Shown here piece after piece: positions 56,901 to 64,000 of a stretch of DNA of 64,000 nt. Made by a program: the position numbers and the translations under genes. Location: assembly GCA_012295275.1 (NCBI GenBank), contig CM022669.1, positions 14,198,001-14,262,000 on the forward strand, in the 5' to 3' direction. Origin of the DNA: Chrysomallon squamiferum (taxonomy: Eukaryota; Animalia; Mollusca). Each line of letters starts with the position of its first letter. Positions within the stretch are counted from its first letter, which is position 1. The notes beneath the pieces were generated by a model. The model made no database searches. It saw only the letters and a list, made by a program, of their open reading frames with translations, and was not told where the DNA came from.

Positions 56901-59900
56901 CTCCATGCGAACGGATGCCAGCCCTCCTCCTCCTGATCCCTGGAGGATGCAGTAGCTGATCAGAGTCCTCAGCAACTGCTGGTTTTTCTTCAGCCACTGC
57001 TTCCTGCGAGCCATCCGGTCCATTTTGGCTTCCAGGTCCATCTTGTCTGCGAGGATGACTTCGTGAAGAGTGGCCCGGCTTAGAGACGTGTCGGACTTTG
57101 TCGAGACCGACCTGTTGAATTTTGGCACCTCTAGCATGTCATCAGACTCTATGCTGGAGTCCATCATTGTGGCTGTAAAGAAAAACAAAACAAATAATAA
57201 TAATAATAACTGTAAAAAATCTGATGCAGTGATTTTATGATAAAATTAAATGAAGAAAAAGAAAGCTTCTGCTAAAATTACTTGCGCAGCATTAGTTCCA
57301 TTTGGAAAAAACAACCCAAATTGTTCCCTATGGAGGATTTCAAATGTCATGACACGGTGACTCCTTAATTAATGATCAACAGCCTGCTTCATACAGAAAG
57401 AAGAGACTGTTATTAGCAATGTATTTTTAGATCTGTCTAAACATTAAACAGATTATACTGAAAGAAATTCTGTGTCCTAATTACCATCAGGAGCTTCCTC
57501 TTCTTGTTGACCGTAGTTACAGAGAACCCGAAGCACTTCTGATTCTTTCTCCAACCAGATGTAAAGTTGATAGCGAAGTTGACCTCCATCCACTTCAAAT
57601 CCTGTTGCCAGTGTCCCAAGCTCTTCCATTAACACCTGTAAATAAATAAATAAATATTTTTATTTTCAATTCTAGTTTTTTTTTCACATTAAATATAATT
57701 CTTAGAAAATATCATTAAGGCAAAAAAATTATCTTATTTAACTTTAAAGTCAAACAGAAGAAAATATATAATTGTTTTACTGCAGTGAATTTTTTATTAT
57801 GAAAGTTTGTGTTACCTTTAAACAAGAAATGAACTTGTACTGTTGAGCCATGATGTCCAGTTTGTGTCCACTTGATGATTCTTCAGTGCTGGCCACATAT
57901 CTGTCATGATTTTCAACATTTAACTCAGGAACCATCTCAACAGGCTCTTCTGAAACTTCATCATCTTCTTCTTCTTCTTCCTTACCCAGTTCTAAATCCA
58001 ATTCAAGGTCATCTTTGAAAGTGACCACTGGCCTACTCCAATCTGTGTCCTCAGAATTCAAACCATTGCTGACAGGTTTGTCATCAAAGTTGTTTGAGCT
58101 GTTTGTCAAGTTGCTAGATATTGGCTTGCTCCAGTCAAATTCATCTGACTTGGAATTAGAGTTATCTGCCTTAGCATTTGTTTTACCTGTCTCGTTAGTC
58201 GGACCGCCAATGATTCCCGTGCTGATACAAGACTGGTTGGTGACATTTTTCTTCAGCTTGCCTGACTCGGAGTACATGTGATCTTCATCCTCTGTGTCCT
58301 CAACAACTGGAGGAAGTTTGCACAGAGTCTCCAAAGCCATCAACGGGCAGCCATTTTTGTAGTGTGCGTGAGCAGTAGCGAAGAACAACCTGCGTTCCAT
58401 CGGAGTGACTCGATCGATGGTTGTGATCTTGTTATCTGGAATGGCGATGCTGTTGGACCTGGTGAACCCAGTCATCACAGTTTTGCGTCTCCTGAGAGAG
58501 GACGAAGCCAGCTTTTGTTTCATGAGAAGAGGATGCGTCCGCAGGTAGTTGTAGCAGTTGAAGACGTTTGGCGTCACCGACAGAATGTCTGTGTCAAACA
58601 TCTCGTGAGCCAGCCTGGCGCGGCCGATGTTCACGTGCAGCAGCGTCTGGAGAGCTCCTCTGTAGTCTTTTAGCAGCCACAGAGCCATGCTTCGAAGGAA
58701 AGGGTCGGGATGGGCCTTGCTGGCATCACTGTTTTGTCCATTTGCATCACAGCCGAGAATGTTCTGGTACAAGATGCTCTTAACGCTGTCTGGCAGGATT
58801 TCCTCACCATCGTACAGTCGACATATAACCATGGCCAGCTGGATGTCATGTAACTTCTCAATGCAAACCTGTTCAAATAAGTGTTCATTTTATTTTTTTT
58901 TTTAATTTATTAAAATTTATTTTTTGATTATTTTGTTGTTGTTAGTTATTCTAAGAGATAATACTGTTTTTATTGTGCTGACAAGCATTTTATTTTCACA
59001 ACAAAATTATTTGAAAAAAATATTTAAAAAGAATAATATTAACAATGAAAATAATTATATAATTCGTTGACTGTATCCTTAAAAATCATTTTACTTTCGA
59101 CTAAATAAAAACAATAATATTAACAACAACAACAAAGTCACATAATTCATTGACAGTATTTTAGAAATCACTATATGTACTGCATGAACAGTATGTATTT
59201 TGGAAATCATTTAATTGTAGATCACAACAAAAACAGTAACATTAACAAACAAAAAATGTATATAATTCTTTCATAGTATTTTTACATCTAGCTTTAATAG
59301 TGACAACCGAACCTTTTATTAATGAAATCTTTTATCAGTTGTCTTTTACAACTATAACATCACTTTCCAACTCACCTCCACTGCATCTTTCAGTGACCCC
59401 CCAAGCAGGAAGAAAGCTGCTGCCTGCTGGAACATCTGTCTGCCAAGCAGAGCAAAGGCGTTCTTCAGAGCCGCTTTCCTCCATCGCTCCTTCGTGAAGT
59501 CATTTCGGAAGAATTCCATCATCTTTCTGTTTTCCCCCGACCTGAAACACAGACAGATCAGTAATTTAGTTTGTCTGCTGAATGTAGAAATGTGACTGTT
59601 GTATTTAAAAACAAATAAATGGTATCTGCAATTACCTATATATAATTATATATTTACGTGTCCAGGGCATGTCTCAAATATTTTTTGCCAACTCATCATT
59701 TTGTTATATATATTTTTTTGTAAACCTAAACATTATATGGCATTCTCCTTTCTGAAATCATCAATCAAACTTATCATTTATTCTGGGTTTTTTTAGATCA
59801 TATAATTTAATAATTGAATGTTGTATTCAGCAAAAACTATAACTGCTTAATAAAACGTCAGTTTATTAATGTAATATTTCTATAATAATAAGAACAGTAA

Positions 59901-60344
59901 TAATAACAATATAGATATATAAATAGATAGACAGATGTATAGACTTTAACAAATTGTTTATACCTGTACAGTCCCCATAACACCATTTTCTTCTTCATAG
60001 CCAGGTAGAAAATAGCAGCATCTAATGGATCTTTTTTGGCTTGAAATGCCGCTTTAGCCACCTGAAATCACACACACAAATATATTATGACATAAACAAT
60101 CATTAAGCAACAAAGGGTTGATGGTTCTACAGTGGATGCATTAAGTATTCGTATTACCACATAATGCAGTTACGAAGCTTCTATTTTTGGTTTTTACATT
60201 CTTTGCTCCAACTGTCCATTTTATTATATACTGTTCAGCTGTTCATTTTATAAATGAATGTAGCTAACAAGATTTACTTACCTTTTTATAGCTTACCATA
60301 ATTAATTAATTAAAATTAATAAATATCCGTATGCACAGGCACTT

Positions 60345-60396
<52 letters not shown>

Positions 60397-62104
60397 ACAG
60401 ACACAGACACACAAATTACTATCCTGACAGTGAGTTATATTAAACACCAACTTTTATATTTTCAGCTAAGTCTACACATCATAATTAACAAATGAAATTG
60501 AATACGCCCAGTCACATATACAAATTATTATCCTAACAGTAAACCTATGGAATGGAATGGAAAAAAATTAACGTGCTAATCAGAGCAAGCTGTTGTGAAG
60601 CACGTCTGCGACGGGCACACTTTCTGACAGGTCAGCGGGCGTGTCCGTCACAGAAAAGAGTTTTGGGTAGGGAAAAGAATGGATTCTCGCCACGATTGCA
60701 GGACACAAGGGAGTGTCCAGCATATCGGATCGTAACGAGTCGGTACGGATGTATCGCAGCCGCAATTCGCCCCCCGTGATATCCGGCACAATCTCTCAGC
60801 CATCACCGGGTCTGTGTTGTTTGCCGTCCTGGTTGTTCTGCTCTTGGCTGCTGTCGTTGTTTCTTTTTGGCTTCTGATGTTGTTTCTTTTTTGCTGCTGT
60901 TGTTGTTCCTTTTTGGCTGCTTCCTTATGGTCCACGTGGTCCAAACCTGTTTTTTTTTTTTTTTTTGCCAATGGTCTTTTTATTGTTTTTAAAAGATATT
61001 ATTAAAAAAAAACCTGCAACTAAACCTATATTTAAAACCAACTTTTATAATTTCATATAAGTCTATTATGTGATAATTAACAGGTGAATGTTGTATAATG
61101 CAAGGTGAGTGAGTATTTTCACCTTTTCTATACATCGTTTGAGTTCACTGATGTTTGTAATCCACCAGCCAGCACCAAACTGTTTCAGATCCTCCCAAGC
61201 AGGCTCTCCCTTCTGCATGCTTGGAATGAATGACAGCAATTCCTGAATAAATAAATACAAAAAATATTATTAAATAAATAAATAAATAAATTATATTAAT
61301 AAAAAGTATATAGATAAAAAAAAAAATTAATAATAATAAATAAAAAAAAAATAGAAATAAAAATAAAAATAAATAAATAAATAAAATAAAATAAAATAAA
61401 ATAAAATAAAATAAAATAAAATAAATAAATAAATCTTAAATAAAATGTAAAAAATTAAAAAAAATACAATTTAAAAAAGTAAATAAGAAAGTAAATAAAA
61501 TAAATAAATAAATAAACAAAAACTAATAATAATAAAAAATAATAAATTAATCGGGTGACAAAGAAACAAAGAAAGTACAATCATATAAATAACATAGAAA
61601 AAAAAAATTCTAGTAACAGCAAAAGAGGAAATATAAGTGATTTACTCTCACATATTTTAATTTGCTAATTAGTAGAAAAGAAAAACAAAATAACCCTGCA
61701 GCAGTAATACACACAGACACTATAAATGATTTATTGTCTCACACATTTTAATTAGACAATATCAACATCTCCAGGGATCAGTTCTATGATGTCTTAGCAG
61801 TTTAATATCAATATGTCATCATGGACAGATTAATTCCTGTCAAAGCTTTCAGCTAAAAACAATTTGCCAAATGGATTAAGCTTCTCGTATTTCAAGACAG
61901 GCTGGTAAGACTGATCTCTCTGAAATTTTAACTGCTACATAGACAAGAGTTTGTTAGTGTTTATTATCAAGAGGTGAACAACAGGTCATACTGGTATATT
62001 AAATACTTGTTTTACGCTTTAATACCATTAAGAGGTTGGTAATATGACTATGACCGCAATTATGCAAAAGGTTGTTAATCTGTTTATATCATACAGTGTA
62101 TTTA

Positions 62105-62142
<38 letters not shown>

Positions 62143-63582
62143 GGGACTGTTGGAGTATTTATACCATTGGCATTGGTTAATGCTGTTTATACCATGTATC
62201 AGGAATTGTTAATGTTGTTATAATCTTGTATTAGAGACTGTTAATGTTGCTATATATCATATATCAGAAACTGTTAATGTTGTTATATCTTGTATTAGAG
62301 ACTGTTAATGTAGCTGTATCATATATTAGAGACTGTTAATGTTGTTATATCAGAAACTGCTGACATGTTTAAACCACATGTCAGAGGTTGTTTATGTGTT
62401 TATACCAAATACCTGGGATTGTTAATATAGTTATATATATTGTTAATATAGTTACATATATTGTTAATGCAGCTATACCATAATAATTATTAATGTTTTT
62501 ATATCATATATCAGAGGCTGTTATTGTGTTTATACATCAGATATTATTAGTATGTTTGTATCACATATCAGATATTGTTAATCAATTTATTCCATAAATC
62601 AAACATTGCTAATATGTTTATAGCACATATCAGAGTTTGTCAGTGTTTGTACTGTATATTAGAGATCGTTAATCTGTTTTGTACCATGTATCAGATATTG
62701 TTAATGCATCTATCCATGTATCAGAGGCTGTCAATGCATTTATAACATACATCATTGATTGTCAGTGTGTTTATGTCATCTGTCACAAGTTTATCATGTT
62801 TTATAATCTCAGAGAGTTATAAGATGATAATCCTACACCTCAGAACATTTTCTTTGTGTTGTTTTCTCGAAGTTAATGTGTTAATGTATTTACAAAACAC
62901 CTCAAAGGAAATAACATAATTTATATTTAATAGGTAGGCAGTGTGTTTGTAATCTTACCTCGGTGGACTCTGAGTGGAACGCCCAGATAATGTTAAAAGA
63001 CTTCAGTCCTTGTTTGTGCAGAACAAATCTCTGGGCAGGCTGCAGAGTTCCCAGCAAGTAGATGTGATGTCGCATTGCAAGAAGAAACCTTACTCCACAG
63101 TCATCCATAGACTCTGTTAGACATACATTAATTTTAATTTTTTATTATTAAACAAAAAAAAAAAACAGTTTCATTTCAGCAACCTGAATAAACACTATAC
63201 AGATATAAAACAAATTCCAAAAAAATATTTTTTTTTTTTTTTATAAAAGTTGAAATAAAAATTTAAATATATAATATGTATGGAAAAGATCAGTTAAGTA
63301 AAATATTATGATATAATTATATTTAATAAATCCTACATAAGTTAAGATATATAATACAATATTAAATTTCAAAAGTAATTTAGAAATTTTATTTTCAACC
63401 ATGTTGGTTGTCTACTAATAAAGATGCCAGTACTGAAATATAAATTAAGCTTTTTATTTATTTAAAATAATAATAATAATATAAAATATAAACAGAATTA
63501 AAATAATATTTATAAAAATCATTTTAATGATTTGAAAACTAACCTGCTGCATGACTTGTGTCAGTATGATTATTTTCAACTC
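35848..63582 (-). CDS. DMXL2: DmX-like protein / Rabconnectin-3 alpha (V-ATPase assembly factor, DMXL1/2 family), 3' half; 26 exons in window
   Basis: Rav1p_C-type motifs WAFHSE, GAGWW, DPLDAAIFYLAMKKK, RWRKAALKNAFALLG; TLATGFEVDGGQLRYQLYIWLEKE; GGGLASVRMELLLLLQE; C-terminal WD40s. All junctions GT-AG and in phase. Invertebrates generally have one DMXL1/2 co-ortholog. Confidence 0.95.
36493..36620 (-). CDS. DMXL exon (WD40)
   Basis: LFDMRQRQLRHHFQAHDGPIKCLAIDPEEDYFVSGSAEGDIK; weak GAAAG acceptor. Confidence 0.92.
37188..37277 (-). CDS. DMXL exon (WD40)
   Basis: FTCHEHGSPALVYAPHHQILISAGRKGEI. Confidence 0.93.
37282..37900. repeat. Compound (TAA/TAG/TGA)n trinucleotide field
   Basis: Directly visible; abuts the acceptor at 37278. 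Confidence 0.93.
38149..38293 (-). CDS. DMXL exon (WD40)
   Basis: CHNKTTSDFTFVGSSSLIGTAGHSSENKNVCLWDTLLP. Confidence 0.95.
38789..38866 (-). CDS. DMXL exon (WD40)
   Basis: SCVSDIEGGICLWQVG. Confidence 0.92.
39772..39902 (-). CDS. DMXL exon (WD40)
   Basis: YLTGCADGSVRLWEWG...FNAQGNK. Confidence 0.95.
40641..40701 (-). CDS. DMXL exon (WD40)
   Basis: IIRRQVAGVRRIGSHPHLPH. Confidence 0.92.
42910..43144. mobile_element. MITE, PIF/Harbinger-like
   Basis: 16-bp TIRs GGTCCAAATTCATAAA / TTTATGAATTTGGGAC (14/16 match) flanked by CTG on both sides; no ORF. Confidence 0.65.
43670..43753 (-). CDS. DMXL probable cassette exon (28 aa, VKGLNIPGIHNPNFSQFLLDRSKRLLHL)
   Basis: Strong pyrimidine tract + CAG, donor CTG|GTGAGC, phase 0-0, no stop; the flanking exons also join in frame without it. 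Confidence 0.75.
45290..45464 (-). CDS. DMXL exon
   Basis: EFLVVQTP...QTGRGSSV. Confidence 0.9.
45987..46111 (-). CDS. DMXL exon
   Basis: ANFNCIALATQKELVELDI...WLEDETEYDI. Confidence 0.9.
50374..50487 (-). CDS. DMXL exon
   Basis: ...KVIHKEQDVISAFSSNQ. Confidence 0.9.
51113..51233 (-). CDS. DMXL exon
   Basis: LPIKRLWFQLVKQDYLKDVFLRYIY. Confidence 0.92.
51968..52163 (-). CDS. DMXL exon
   Basis: ELPNCSPLLHAVMK...PPDNYIPG...LLNPSNTPF. Confidence 0.92.
52662..52792 (-). CDS. DMXL exon
   Basis: HNDPNSYTWCLIRYA...GIELQ. Confidence 0.92.
53402..53520 (-). CDS. DMXL exon (acidic)
   Basis: PFVPS...YDSDDS...EDEEE. Confidence 0.88.
53910..54067 (-). CDS. DMXL exon
   Basis: KQRMRLNMKL...YKEKFVGPELSMITYFMTK. 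Confidence 0.92.
54911..55153 (-). CDS. DMXL exon
   Basis: GVTSLRVLIAREKDEDAPKL...WSALFGGG. Confidence 0.92.
55155..55620. repeat. Compound (AAT/AAC)n trinucleotide field
   Basis: Directly visible; abuts the acceptor at 55154. Confidence 0.93.
56003..56115 (-). CDS. DMXL exon
   Basis: ...VNTSPAKWP(G). Confidence 0.88.
56557..57172 (-). CDS. DMXL exon
   Basis: GGGGLASVRMELLLLLQELQQE...LSSCIYQCLCD. Confidence 0.95.
57485..57635 (-). CDS. DMXL exon
   Basis: VLMEELGTLATGFEVDGGQLRYQLYIWLEKE. Confidence 0.95.
57816..58868 (-). CDS. DMXL large exon (351 codons)
   Basis: VCIEKLHDIQLAMVICRLY...HPDPFLRSMALW...DIMAQQYKFISCLK. Confidence 0.95.
59376..59541 (-). CDS. DMXL exon
   Basis: FFRNDFTKERWRKAALKNAFALLG...AAAFFLLGGSLKDAVE. 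Confidence 0.95.
59964..60061 (-). CDS. DMXL exon
   Basis: VAKAAFQAKKDPLDAAIFYLAMKKKMVLWGLY. Confidence 0.95.
60549..61020 (-). mobile_element. Retroposed insertion (SINE or 5'-truncated LINE 3' end) with 9-bp TSD
   Basis: TAAACCTAT at 60540-60548 and 61021-61029; (TTCCA)n-type tail on minus strand; GC/CpG-rich body; stem-loop near the tail. Confidence 0.65.
61123..61242 (-). CDS. DMXL exon
   Basis: ELLSFIP...WEDLKQFGAGWWITN...CIEK. Confidence 0.93.
62140..62760. repeat. Degenerate roughly 33-bp minisatellite (ATATCAGAGACTGTTAATGTTGTTAT-like)
   Basis: Recurring TCAGA..TGTTAATG motif. Confidence 0.75.
62959..63113 (-). CDS. DMXL exon
   Basis: SMDDCGVRFLLAMR...WAFHSESTE. Confidence 0.93.
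63544..63582 (-). CDS. DMXL exon (39 nt, VENNHTDTSHAA)
   Basis: ttttgcag / G|GTTAG, phase 1-1 fits next exon. Confidence 0.7.
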
Positions 63583-64000
63583 CTGCAAAAAAGAAAAATG
63601 AGACGAAGTAAATCAACTTATTCAGTCAGAGAGAAGTTTGGTACACGTTAAATGGAATTATGTTAATTTTGAACAGCATTAAATGTAAATCATTGTAACA
63701 ACAGAAAAAATTACAAGATTTACTTCTCAGTACATACATCCAGTGAAAAAATTGATAAAAACACAATTTAAAATGTTTATTACAAGACTAAAGATTAAGG
63801 CACATTTCTGAAATTATTTTATTTTGCTGGAAATACATTCCATATTATATAAAGACTAAATATTTCTGTATGTGCAGATGTATGTATGTAACATTTCATT
63901 AAGCAGTTATAGTTTTTATTGACTTCAGTATTCAAAGCATGTTCAGTTACCCAAAACTTTTCCATCACACATTATTTAACAAAACAAAATAAATAATAAT

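Noticed and set aside
60648-61005. 107-aa minus ORF and 63-aa hydrophobic plus ORF
   Set aside because: Both lie inside the TSD-flanked insertion, are low complexity, use non-ATG starts and show no recognisable domain.

Overview
This is AT-rich animal genomic DNA full of microsatellites, not prokaryotic. Its style suggests a mollusc, but that is inference only. Two multi-exon genes lie head-to-tail on the minus strand. (1) 35848-63582 holds the 3' half of a DmX-like/Rabconnectin-3alpha gene (26 exons traced by hand, Rav1p_C-type region and C-terminal WD40s, stop at 35848); its 5' part lies beyond the window. (2) 115-26911 holds a nearly complete unconventional myosin (25 exons, about 940 codons, all GT-AG and phase-compatible). 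It has a class-III-like motor but no N-terminal kinase, then one IQ, a short coiled coil, a Pro-rich/Tyr linker and a C-terminal SH2 domain, matching the poorly studied class XXVIII architecture. The introns repeatedly contain tandem duplications of the genes' own splice junctions: about 22 copies of one donor, 2 copies of an acceptor plus exon start, and one duplication that creates a possible 12-nt microexon. They also hold a 30-bp minisatellite with higher-order structure, a TSD-flanked retroposed insertion and a MITE. Most ORFs in the supplied track are simple-repeat artefacts.
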